Part shown: one piece after another, positions 1 to 12,800 of the stretch
Numbering within the stretch: the stretch's first letter is position 1
Layout of the letters: every line of letters starts with the position of its first letter
From: Ruditapes philippinarum
Taxonomy: Eukaryota
Length of the DNA: 59,949 bases
Direction: 5' to 3'
NCBI RefSeq assembly: GCF_026571515.1
Contig: NW_026860434.1
Span: forward strand, 124,001-183,949
The notes under the pieces: model-generated
What the model was told of the DNA's origin: nothing
The model's input: only the letters and a program-made list of their open reading frames with translations
Database searches by the model: none
Translations under genes and position numbers: made by a program

Positions 1-698
1 GAATAAACACCTCAAAACAGTCAATTATAACTGCAGTTTTTTGCCCAAAATGTTTGCGAAATTCCAATGGCATTGTCATTCTTAACTCTTCCCTTTCTGG
101 CCAATAAATAAGCTTTTTTAGTTTGCAGTACATGATATGAATGATAACTAGAAATGTCTTTGATACAGTTGCAGGGGATGTTCTAAATCTGAATGCTAAA
201 TACTGAACTGGCATGTTTAATTTTAATCGCATTAAGGTCATAATCAGTCTTTCAAATTTTCCTAAGTCAGTGTTATGTCTGGGTGTTGGTATGTGCTCTT
301 TTACCAGATCAAATAGGGCCATTAGGACTAAATAGTTAGGTAGTCCTGTGAAGTATTTCACCTTGTCCGTGTTATTCTCAAAGCTTTCCACATTAAACCT
401 ATATTCACTGAGCTGACATTTCAGCATTCTGTTCTCAGACAAAAGTCTCTGAAGTTCAGAATCCACCTGACTCTTGTTGATTGGATCTGGAACATACTCC
501 TCATCAGCATTGTGCTCATCACTTAGCTGTCCTGTTAAGGTAAACTGGCATACCGGCTTAGGTTCAGGGATATCCTCACAATAGTCATACAATGGCGTAG
601 CAATGAATTCTGGCCCAGGGTCACTGGCAAGCTCCAACAATGCTCGGGCTGCATGATGCTTTTTCTTAACTATTCCCCTCTCTTGGGCTCTCTCATAC
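1..698 (-). CDS. THAP transposase exon 3 (HTH + start of DDE domain), runs off window
   Basis: ttttttgcag acceptor; open frame ending in IIDCFEVFI at the window edge. Confidence 0.87.
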
Positions 699-1938
699 CT
701 GCAAAAAAGGAAAATGCAACAAAACTATAACAAATAAATGTAAGAATATTAAATAATAATAATGGCAAACATTAAATGAAACATTTATAAACTTTATACG
801 TCATCCAGTCCATATAAGAATTATGTACCGCCCTGGGTCTGTATGCGGTTTATGGACCGGATGCCATCATATTAAAAATGAAAGGGGTATACAAATGAGG
901 TATCATATATTATTTTGTTGTTAAATTATTCTTTTACTGAATTTATTGTTTTGTTAATTAGATAATGCACTCACTTCACAAATGAATTATTATATGAAAG
1001 CAAATTATAGTAGAAACAACAGAAATGACAACAAAAGGGATGAAAGGATTTAGAGTCGGTATAATACAACAGCTGTGCTTCGGGCCATAATATCTTCCTC
1101 AGTCTGACCAATCAGTCCGTTAACTTGCATATTGCCCTCAAGGCAATGTTTTATTGTTTAAATATTGTAATATAAAATAAAAATTTAAATGAATATGAAG
1201 AAATACCTTTTACGGTCAGTCTCCACTCTTTGTTTCTTTCTTTCCGATTTTGAAGGTGTAAGTGTATCGGTCAGATTCAGAGTTGGGGCCCAGTCGGGGT
1301 TGGGTTTGTCATACAGATCTGCTGGTTTGCCTGCAAAATATGAATTTCTTCGATAAAATCTTTTGGATGTCAAAGACACACCACATCAATCTATCATAGG
1401 GTTTTAGATAGTACACATTAAGCAGGGTGCTGCACCCCTATACCACTTTGGCCTTTGTGGTCAGTCCATATCAACTTTTTTTATTTTGATAATAAAACCC
1501 TTAAAAAGCATAGTTTAAAGTATTTCACACTAGAAATTTTTACTGTTAAAGTCGGACAAATATAACAGGGAAAAACAATTCTATTCTATTCTTTCTTCCA
1601 AATAGCACACACTGGACCGAGTGGTGTTTCATTTTGTTGAACATAAAGAAAAAAAATATATCAAGCTTGATTCAAGGTCATTGACGTCAAATGGAGATTT
1701 ACATTCAAAATAAAAACACATAACAACCTGTTACGAAATGGTCAGAACAGATCTTCGAGGAATCTGTTGGCTGATCCTTGCGATTAATGTTCGCCAGCCA
1801 CAACCGCCTTCGTTCAATGCTCAATTCCTTTGTTTTGACTCCCTCATGTTCTCTTACTTTCGGTATTGAATGAAAACTTCGTTGGATCGATGAGTCACGT
1901 CTATTTGTACAACCTTTCACCCAACAGGAAACTACCAT
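1..1938 (-). CDS. THAP-domain DDE transposase (PIF/Harbinger-ISL2EU type), 3 exons visible, 3'-partial
   Basis: Exons 1938-1728, 1330-1207 and 698-<1 join in frame at GT-AG sites. THAP: MVVSCWVKGCTN...FHSIP...RRLWLANINR...ICSDHFVTGKP...PDWAPTL. Then KYFTGLPNY...LMRLKLNMPVQYLAFRFRTSPATVS (HTH_Tnp_4-like) and WPEREELRMTMPLEFRKHFGQKTAVIIDCFEVFI (first catalytic D of DDE_Tnp_4). No stop in the visible part. Confidence 0.88.
1207..1330 (-). CDS. THAP transposase exon 2
   Basis: ttttgcag acceptor, encodes GKPADLYDKPNPDWAPTLNL..., gtattt donor; phases match the neighbouring exons. Confidence 0.85.
1728..1938 (-). CDS. THAP transposase exon 1 (THAP zinc finger)
   Basis: C-x4-C...W...C-S-D-H-F motif; donor GT at 1727. 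Confidence 0.88.
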
Positions 1939-2004
1939 ATTTGCTTTATTTTTAGAATTTTATTTTAAGAAATCGTGATACCGTGACCGTTCCGCTTGCC
2001 TCTA

Positions 2005-2063
2005 AAGATGGCGACCTAGTGATGAAGCGCCCGGATGTGTGACGTCACACGAAAACTATGTAT
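2005..2063. promoter_or_regulatory. Probable transposon terminus/promoter with palindrome GTGTGACGTCACAC and a YY1-like AAGATGGCG
   Basis: 14-bp perfect palindrome at 2037-2050 with a CRE core, ~100 bp upstream of the THAP ATG; the partner TIR is not in the window. Confidence 0.4.
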
Positions 2064-2561
2064 TACACTATTACAATGTATGCAGTGTCCATCATAGTAC
2101 AAGCTATTATGAGATCCACCTATTATTTCAAAGATTGCACACAAATTTGTACCAAGACTGCAGATTTTTAAATTCATGGATGATAGAAATAATAGCACCG
2201 CATATAGTGTTAATGCTCGTCTGTTAAGACAATTGTTTTTGACAAAAAAATCTAATCTAAAAATGGGCATAATTTCAAAAATCTCAGAATATGCCCCTTG
2301 TCCAACAACTGCATTGTATCTTGTGTATTCACAAGATAAGAATGTATACCAAGACATTTCATGTTTATTATTTTTAAATTAAAAATGTTTAAATAATGGG
2401 CTACATTTAAGATTTAGCACCATGACAACTGTGACAACAACCTAGAGATAATAATAACTGGATATTTTCTTGAAAAAAGACTGGTTTGTTGCCAAATTTT
2501 ATACGGGGAAGTCAAAGACCGGGCCCGCGAAGCTTTTGCTTGCCCGGCTATAGACTACACA

Positions 2562-5500
2562 CGGTTACACGACTTACCGGAATCGGCCGAATTACCGGAA
2601 TCGACCGGAATCGGCGGTGAATTACCGGAATCGACCTGTAACTTTGTAATAATTAAACTTTTTAAGTTTTTTCTTGCAATTTTATAAAATATAAACAATA
2701 TCAATGATTTATGAAAAGATTTTTATAAATAAAAACGCTTTTGATTAATTTAACAAGAGATCTAATATCGGCGAGCTACTGCCAAACTGCCAGTGACCGG
2801 AATCGGCCTGTTATTTCGTTGTTTATGCAACTTTTAATGTTCCTTTTGCATGTTTTTATAAAAACTAAATATTATCATTAATCTTCCTAGAGATTGTGAA
2901 AAAAATCGCTTTTAAATAATAATAATAAACAAATATTTATGATCAGCGAAAACGGGCAAACTGCCGGAATCGGCAAAGGATTACCGAAATCGGCCTGTAA
3001 TTTGCTTATCTTTATACTTTAAACAAAATGTTTGCACCCTTGATTATAAATAAACAATAGCAATAATATGTAATCAGATTATTGTCAATAAAATCACTTT
3101 TTATTAATTAAACAAGATATTTAATATCGGCGAGTTACTGCCATACTGTCGGAATCGACGAAGGATTACCGGAATCGACGTATAATTTAGTCTATTGTAC
3201 ATTTTTAACGTTTCTGTTGCATTGTTAATATTCGTCTTATAAAATATAAATATTATGAATGATATTTAAAAGTTTCTTTCATTCTTTTATTTTGTAAATT
3301 TCAATTCGCCTTTGGTTAATAAAGCAAGAGATCGAAGATCGGCGAGTTACATATACTGTCATACAGCCGAAATAGCCGAATGATTACCGGAATCGGCCTG
3401 TATTATTGTAATTTATGGACTTTGCAAGAAAAAAATGCAAACAATATAATAGATATCTAAAAAGATTTCTGTAAATGAAGAATCCTTATTAAATAATAAG
3501 CTAGAGATCTAAGGTCGGCGAATTACTGCCATATCGCATAATTCCGCATAATTATATGCAGTACCAGGGCTATCGGACAATTACCGGAATCGGTCTGTTT
3601 TTTCCCCACCAATATTTCAACGTTTAAAAAATAACCTTGAATTATTTTATTAAATACAAACACAATATAAACGATTTTTATAATGTTTATTGAAATCGGT
3701 ATTAAATAAGAAGCAAAAGATTTATGAAAAATCGCTGTTATATAATAATAAAAAGATTAATATTGAAGATCGGCAAAAACGGGAAACCTGTCGGAATAGG
3801 CGATGGATTACCGGAATCGACCTGTAATTTGGTTATTTGTGAACTTTTTAAATATTTCTTTTGCATGTTTTTATAAGATATAAACATTTTCAACGATATT
3901 CATTTTTGTAAGTAAATTCGCTTTTAATTAATAAAACAAGAGACCTAAGATCGGCGAATTACTGTCATACTGCCGATATAGGGGAAGGATGGGCGGGATC
4001 AGCCTGTATACTATAGTTATTTTTATGTTATTTTATTAAATGCAAATAATATCATTGATATAAAAAGATTTTTTATGAAATAAAGGTCACTTCTTATTAT
4101 AAACTAGATGTCTAAGATAGACTAATTACTATCACAGTGCCTGAATTAACAGGTAAATACCGGAATTAGTCTGTTATTTTGTTATATTTCAGCGTTTTAA
4201 AAATATCTTGCCATATTTTATTAAATACAAACAATTCAAATGATATTTAATAATATTTATTGTAATCGCTATTACATAATAAACAAGGTGATCTATGATT
4301 TCTTCCATACTACCGAATCGACGAGCGATTACCGGAATCGGCTTCACTTCGTCTAGGATTACTGGAATCGATTCTAATTTTGTTATGAATGTGAACTCAA
4401 TATTATTATTATCATTTATTTTTGCATGTATTTACAAACATTATCATTGATCTTTTATGGAATAATGCAATATCGTCTTTACATTATATTTTTCAGGACA
4501 TTGCTAACAGAGGATTGTTTGAAATGACGGATAACAATGGGCCAGTTTAGTCTTTCTTTATGTTTGCAAAACTCAATTCTTGATTTCATAAAGTAGTCGA
4601 TTTATAATTACATGCAATAATTTTTATTTGAATCTTTATTTAAACAATACAAACCTTATAAAATATTCACATGAAATCAATGTTTTACCAGGCAGTTACT
4701 TGACAGTTCATGGTCATTCTGGAGTATCAAATCAATTGTCGTCATTTGCGTTATTGGTGCACCATAAAAATATTACAAAGATTGCGAATAAGTCAATCGT
4801 TGAAACATAGATTATTTAGTCTTAAATAGTAAACAAATCATCTATACCCGTAAAGTATAAAACAGTGAGATATGGATGTTAACTATATACGCACAGATGA
4901 TACTGTCACTTTATTGGAAGTAAACGAGCTGTATATTGGGAGCTGTGTATTGGGAAGTGTGATATACTACAAAACAGTGGGGTGCCAATATACGGTATGC
5001 TGATATATTTCATAGTGGGAGGGTCTGTCTGTTACAGAAAGCGTGTTGTTTCGGGGAATGATTACCGGAATCGGCCTGTAATTTTGTTATTTATGAACTT
5101 TTAAAAAAAATCTTGCATCTTTTATAAAATATAAACAATGTTAATGACATGTAAAAATATTTTTATAAATAAAAATCGCTTACGATTAATTAAGCAACAT
5201 ACTTAAGATCAGCTAGTTACTGTCATACTGCCGGAATCGAGGAATGATTACCGGAATCGGCCTGTAATTTTGTTATTCATGAACTTTTAAACTTTTATAA
5301 AATATAGACAATTAATGACATGTAATAAGATTTTTTTATAAAAAAACACATTTGATTCATTAAAACAGGAGATTTAATTATGATCAGCAAGTAACTGTCA
5401 TCTGGGACATACGATATATCGTATGTCCCAGCTGTCATACTGCTGGAATCGGGGAATTATTACCGGAATCGGCCAGTAATTTCATTTATGAACTTTTTAA

Positions 5501-8500
5501 GAATTATTAAATACAAACAATATGAATGACATGTACAAAGATTTTTATAAACAAAATCACGCTTTATTAATTAAACTAGATCAGCAAGTTACTGAACTTA
5601 CTGTCATACTGTCGGAAGGATTGTTATTCGGGTAGTTTGGCAGTAGCTCGCCGATATTAGATCTCTTGTTAAATTAATCAAAAGCGATTTTATTTACATT
5701 TTTTTACATTTCATTGATATTGTATAAAGATGCAAGAACCTTTTTTTTTAATCTTCATTAATAACCAAATTATTATACAGTATGGCAATAACTCGCCGAT
5801 ATTAAATATCTTGTTTAATTAATCATTTATCAATGAGATTTTATTTACAAAAATCTGATTACATATCATTGATATTGTTTATATTTAATCAAAGATGAAA
5901 AAATATATATACATCACATTAAAAAAATATTGTGTGTTTATTTGGGATGTTCGCGGAAAATGTCATTATTAATTCAGTGTCATAAGCCAGAGACATAGAT
6001 GACTACATGTATATATCATAGTCCTTAACTTTAAAGGATCTTCTTCCATTTTTTATTAATAATTAAATGGGTCAAACGGTTAGAAATTATGCTAAACTTT
6101 GAAAAGAATCTTTAGATCTATACAGGGTGTTTATATTGTTGTTTTGTTTTTACATTGACTAAATCTTAAGTCTTTAAAAATTACGAAGTTCAATAAATCC
6201 TATGACTTATTTCATCTACAGCTTGCTGAACAACAGGCATTCTCTAACAGATAGTCTCTCCCACTATGAAATATATCAGCATACCGTATATTGGCACCCC
6301 ACTGTTTTGTAGTATATCACACTTCCCAATACACAGCTCCCAATATACAGCTCGTTTACTTCCAATAAAGTGACAGTATCATCTGTGCGTATATAGTTAA
6401 CATCCATATCTCACTGTTTTAAACTTTACGGGTATAGATGATTTGTTTACTATTTAAGACTAAATAATCTATGTTTCAACGATTGACTTATTCGCAATCT
6501 TTGTAATATTTTATGGTGCACCAATAACGCAAATGACGACAATTGATTTGATACTCAAGAATGACCATGAACTGTCAAGTAACTGCCTGGTAAAACATTG
6601 ATTTCATGTAAATATTATTGCATGTTATTATAAATCGACTACTTTATGAAATCAAGAATTGAGTTTTGCAAACATAAAGAAAGAAAGACAAAACTGACCT
6701 ATTGTTATCCGTCATTTCAAACAATCCTCTGTTAGCAATGTCCTGAAAAAATATTATGTAAAGACGATATTGCATTATTCCATAAAAGATCAATGATAAT
6801 GTTTGTAAATACATGCAAAAATAAATGATAATAATAATATTGAGTTCACATTCATAACAAAATTAGAACCGATTCCAGTAATCCTAGACGAAGTGAAGCC
6901 GATTCCGGTAATCGCTCGTCGATTTCGGTAGTATGGAAGAAATCATAGATCACCTTGTTTATTATGTAATAGCAATTGCAATAAATATTTTCAAATATCA
7001 TTTGAATTGTTTGTATGGCAAGATATTTTTAAAACGCTGAAATATAACCAAAAAAAAAAACAGACTAATTCCGGTATTTACCTGTTTATTCAGGCACTGT
7101 GATAGTAATTAGTCTATCTTAGATATCTAGTTTATAGTAAAAAAGTGATCTTTATTTCTCAAAAAAATCTTCGTATATCGATGATATTATTTGCATTCAA
7201 TAAAATAACATAAAAATAACTATATTACAGGCTGATTCCGCCCATCCTTCCCCTATATCGGCAGAATGACAGTAATTCGCCGATCTTAGGTCTCTTGTTT
7301 TATTAATCAAAAGCGAATTTATTTACAAAAATGAATATCGTTGAAAATGTTTATATCTTATAAAAATATGCAAAAGAAATATTCAAAAAAATCACAAATA
7401 ACCAAATTACAGGTCGATTCCGGTAATCTATCGCCTATTCCGACAGGTTTCCCGTTTTTGCCGATCTTCAATATTAATCTTTTTATTATTTATAACAGCA
7501 ATTTTTCATAAATCTTTTGCTTCTTATTTAATACCGATTTCAATAAACATTATAAAAAATCTTTTAAATTGTTTGTATTTAATAAAATAAGTCAAGGTTA
7601 TTTTTTAAACGTTGAAATATTGGTGGGGGAAAACAGACCGATTCCGGTAATTGTCCGATAGCCCTGGCACTGCATATAATTATGCGGAATTATGCGATAT
7701 GGCAGTAATTCGCCGACCTTAGATCTCTAGCTTATTATTTAATAAGGATTCTTCATTTTCAGAAATCTTTTTAGATATCTATTATATTGTTTGCATTTTT
7801 TTCTTGCAAAGTCCATAAATTACAATAATACAGGCCGATTCCGGTAATCATTCGGCTATTTCGGCTGTATGACAGTATATGTAACTCGCCGATCTTCGAT
7901 CTCTTGCTTTATTAACCAAAGGCGAATTGAAATTTACAAAATAAAAGAATGAAAGAAACTTTTAAATATCATTCATAATATTTATATTTTATAAGACGAA
8001 TATTAACAATGCAACAGAAACGTTAAAAATGTACAATAGACTAAATTATACGTCGATTCCGGTAATCCTTCGCCGATTCCGACAGTATGGTAGTAACTCG
8101 CCGATATTAAATATCTTGTTTAATTAATAAAAAGTGATTTTATTGACAATAATCTGATTACATATCATTGCTATTGTTTATTTAATATCAAGGGTGCAAA
8201 CATTTTGTTTAAAGTATAAAGATAAGCAAATTACAGGCCGATTTCGGTAATCCTTTGCCGATTCCGGCAGTTTGCCCGTTTTCGCTGATCATAAATATTT
8301 GTTTATTATTATTATTTAAAAGCGATTTTTTTCACAATCTCTAGGAAGATTAATGATAATATTTAGGTTTTATAAAAACATGCAAAAGGAACATTAAAAG
8401 TTGCATAAACAACGAAATAACAGGCCGATTCCGGTCACTGGCAGTTTGGCAGTAGCTCGCCGATATTAGATCTCTTGTTAAATTAATTAAAAGCGATTTT

Positions 8501-8669
8501 ATTTATAAAAATCTTTTCATAAATCATTGATATTGTTTATATTTTATAAAATTGCAAGAAAAAACTTAAAAAGTTTAATTATTACAAAGTTACAGGTCGA
8601 TTCCGGTAATTCACCGCCGATTCCGGTCGATTCCGGTAATTCGGCCGATTCCGGTAAGTCGTGTAACCC
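2562..8669. mobile_element. Non-autonomous foldback (Mutator-like) DNA transposon, 6108 bp, ~2.5-kb inverted arms, 9-bp TSD
   Basis: Ends CGGTTACACGACTTACCGG and CCGGTAAGTCGTGTAACCC. TSD GACTACACA at 2553-2561 and 8670-8678. Arms ~2562-5050 and ~6230-8669 are reverse complements built from ~180-210-bp units carrying ATTACCGGAATCGGC. No transposase ORF. Confidence 0.9.
5402..5431. repeat. 30-bp perfect palindrome flanked by a 7-bp direct repeat (micro-insertion)
   Basis: CTGGGACATACGATA|TATCGTATGTCCCAG flanked by CTGTCAT at 5395-5401 and 5432-5438; absent from sister repeat units. Confidence 0.85.
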
Positions 8670-9791
8670 GACTACACATGTATATTTAAAAGAAAATCAA
8701 ATAAAAAACAGTTTGAAAATATATAGAATTCTATACCTATCAATGAAATTTTCAGTGTCAGTTCTAGTCTGGAGCCGCCATTTACAATGTAACTTAATGA
8801 TAATAGGCGGGGTATTCCGATAACGGAACAAATCTCAACTTTTCGGATTAATAAATAATTGTCGAGTGTTCCGAGTGAAAACGGAAGTGGTGCATGTAAT
8901 ACCGAATGACACCTTTAAAACCGAAAGAATGAAAGGAATTTTTTAACAACTTCCCCGGTCATAGGCTTTGCCTAATTTCATATTATGAAATTATTAAGGA
9001 ATACAATGACTTTCATGTTGCACTTGGCAACTTGATATTACGATAGTTCAGCAGACATAACAGAGACATATATCAATGCACAGGTTGAAATGACCTGCTA
9101 CAATAAATTTTACTTACGAATTGGTATGCAGATACTCATAACTGAGCTGAGCGCGGCTCAGATTGTTGTAGGACATGTTAGACATCTCGATTTTCTATTA
9201 TTTACATCGACACCGGTTGGTAAAATTCACAAAAGTTTGGAGCTCAAATAATACAAAGGGGTCAACTGCTATGCAAGATAGTAAATGAATGTATCTGGAA
9301 CTAAAAATAATCATGCAGTATTATGTTAACCATTCTACTTCGCGGGAACGCTAACTTTTATGCATGATAAGAAATTTACAATTCCAATGCTGCCTCCAAA
9401 ACTTCCGGTGAAATTGTATTTCTGCGCGCTAGATTTTCTTATAGGTTTCAAAAAACATGTTGTCACACATTAGATAAACTGTCATTATATAACAAAATTG
9501 ATTTTCAAGTAATATTTGTGTTTGTATCATTCATTTTCGATTTTATTATAACATTTAAACTGTTATTTAATAAAGAAATAGTCCGAGGGTAATTAGTTCT
9601 GAAATAAAAAAATTATTTTTGACGAAAATGTTTCTGATATAAAATATCTTTTTAGACCTCTAAGTTTTATCTCAAGAAATAAAAATATATTATTGATTGA
9701 AATCGCCTATTTTCTATATTATTTGATAAATGACAACAGTATATAAGAAAGTTATATTATAATTTCGTTTATTTGTGATTGTATAACTATC

Positions 9792-9897
9792 ATGGCTGCG
9801 CCCATGGCCACAAGTCCTGAAACGTCTTCAAGCGAGGACGAGGAAGAGAATGCAAAATTTAAGGAAGCCGTGTTTGAAATCCCAATTGGAAAACAAG
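9792..9897 (+). CDS. CUSTOS: CUSTOS exon 1
   Basis: MAAPMATSPETSSSEDEEENAKFKEAVFEIPIGKQ; donor at 9898. Confidence 0.85.
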
Positions 9898-12800
9898 GTT
9901 ACTTACAACTGAAAAACATCATTATTGTCAGAGTATCAAAAAGAAGGAAATGCGGATTTGTAACGTATATTCGCGACATCTCACTCTGATTCGGATATTG
10001 CAACGCTTCGGACGATTTAAAGATGTTTTTCTGATATTCAGCTATTGCAATTGTTGATTTTATAGTATTTGAATGGAAAAATCGTGACAAGCGTGTGATA
10101 GTTATTGAAATAAAGACAACATGTGATTGAATGATATTCCAATCTTTAAATTATATGACAGCCACACAAATATACTGATGTTTCTGACTATACATTTGTG
10201 CGGCTGACATAAAATATTGGAACCTCATTCAATCACTTGTTATTGCCTTCATATATATATACTTTTAACTGTAAGTAGCGAAGACATTTTCATATTTTGA
10301 GGCTTAATATGAAATTAGGCAAAGCCTATGCACGGGGAAGTCGTTAAAAATCGTTAAAAATTCCTTTCATTCTTTCCGTTTTAAAGGTGTCATTCGGTAT
10401 TACATGCACTTCCGTTTTCACTCGGAACACTCGACGTTTATTATTTATCCGAAAAGTTGAGATTTGTTCCGTTATCGGAATATCCCGCCTATTATCATTG
10501 ACATACATTGTCAATGGCGGCGCCCGACTAGAACTGACACTGAAAATTTCATTGATAGGTATAGAATTCTATATATTTTTTAATTGTTTTTTATTTGATT
10601 TTCTTTTAAATATACACGTGTAGTCTATAGCCGGGCAAGCCAAAGCCCGGACTCGCTTCGCGGGCCCGGTCTTTGACTTCCCCGTATAATTATTGTTAAA
10701 TTTTGTGATTCTTTTTTTATTTAGTTCAAGTAAAGACAGACTTCCATCAAACGAATGATAAAGAAAGGATACCTTCTAAAAGGTAAAAACGTTTCTTGGT
10801 TTAAAAAATCAGATTGGTACAGTTTTGAGATGTACATGTACTAAACAAAAAAATATCACATGTGAAAATGTTCCTGGCAAAATTTGATATGCGGAGGCAT
10901 CTTCTTCAGCCTGCCGATCCCATATTTTGATAATATAATTGAAGTCTATATGTGTCCTTTACTTCAAATTATCTCTAGAAAATATGCAGTTCAGAGTTGA
11001 CTATGTAGCACTGATAAAAGTTCTGTGACCGAGTGCTGGTCTTCACACAGCTCTTGTTATAATTTGAAGAAAATGATGGTGTATCAAGTCCTTTTGTACT
11101 AAATTTGTGGTACTGGTACTTAAGCTAAACATTCAGTTACAATCTTTCATTACAGACCAGATAAAGACATTTCTGATGCAGACCAGTTTGACAATGCATA
11201 TAACACAACACCTGGCTTCAGAAAACATGTGTCCAAAAAATTATCAGAGGCTTTAGACAGGTAAATTCTTAGCACATTTTATCGTAACTATTTAAAGAAC
11301 AAATAGAGCTATTGTACTTGCCCAGGTCAAAGTCGGCGTACACTTTGGTTAAGTATTTAGGGTGCAAGTTGGTATCACTAAAACTATGAAAGGGTTAAAA
11401 CTTTACACACTTATTTGAGAGCAAAATAGGTCACTTTCTTTGGCCCATAACTTTACATTGTAACTTTAATTTTGACAGAATTATGGCCCTTTTTGGACGA
11501 AGAAATTTCTACATAGGCTATGATCATGTATTACTATCAAGCACTGGAGCTGGCAGTTCTTGTTGAAGATTCATTAATTTGAGCCACGTCACGACAAAAC
11601 CAACATAATGCGTTTGCGACCAGCATGTATCCAGACCGCCTTTGGGCCCCCGCGCCCGTTTTGAATTTAGGATTCCCCTGCTGTTTGCTTTTTTCCCAAA
11701 CCCCATTACCCAAATTTGAGAAAATGATATTTAACGCATGGGGTCCCAAACGACTATTGGGTGCGCAGGGGTTGGTTTTGGAAAACCTTGGGTGGTCGCC
11801 AAACCCACTTTGTTTGGTTTTTTCCCTGACGTGGGTCAATTTTTTATTTTTTATGCAATTTTTAAAGCTGTTTTTTTTCTTTTTGGTTAAAAATTTTAAA
11901 AACCATACTTTTAATATTATTTTTTTTATAAACAAACTGTTTTTTAATTTTATTTTGTAGTTTTAATTTAAACCCCTCAACCCATGTGAAGTCAGTTTAA
12001 TTTAAAGATTTTTTTTAAAAATGACTATCACCCCAATGAGTAAAATGGGCTTGGGGTTTTTAGCCGACTATTTTGTTAACTTAAAAAGGCATTTTTTTAT
12101 ATATTTAAATTCTTTAATTTATATTAGTAAAACCTGTCACAAATAAATCTTACATTGTTTTCAGTGTGATTGATACCAGTTGTGAATATTTTGGTAAAAG
12201 TGTTGACAATGCAGAAGAGGACTCGGGTAAGTCTGTGAGTTAAGAGCAGGGAAATCACCCGGTGATAACATAGGGGTACAAATCAATGTATGTGTAGTAT
12301 CTTTAATTCTTACCTTACATATAATCAGATGTAAATAACATAAAAGGCCGAGAAGTACTGAAATTTTCACTTTGGTTATGCCCGTGTATTTGAGTAACCC
12401 CCCCCCCCATCACAGTATTACTACCATAATAGTTAACACATGAAAAATAGTCACTGTAGGCATTAGAAAAAAAAATCACTGTGAACACTTAATAATTATT
12501 CACAAAAATACTCTTCATACCATGTTCCAAATTATTTATTTTCTATATTTTTTTCGAAAATTTTTATGTCATTTGGTAAAAAAACCTAATGTTATTAGAA
12601 GGTACGGCTTATTAGGAAAAATTGTGAACACTTAATAAAAAATTAATTATCCCTTAATTAAAAGACCTAATGTTGTAATAAGCTATTGCTTTTTCCTTTT
12701 TTATTTATGGGAAGTTTTAAGGGTTATTTAAGCAAGAAATTTGCTCAGTATGAATTTTTTTTCGCAGGGTGTTAAAACTGTTTTCTTTCTTCAAAACTGG

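Larger units (their letters stand above)
2500..8985 (+). mobile_element. ~380-bp Helentron-like (HINE) element copy A, split into 2500-2561 and 8670-8985 by the foldback insertion
   Basis: The joined halves align with the reverse complement of 10305-10688. 5' subTIR ACGGGGAAGTC, 3' ACTTCCCCG, 3' hairpin AGGC-TTT-GCCT. Confidence 0.75.

Noticed and set aside
11524-11960. 111-132-aa ORFs in CUSTOS intron 3
   Set aside because: Derived from a garbled MITE copy
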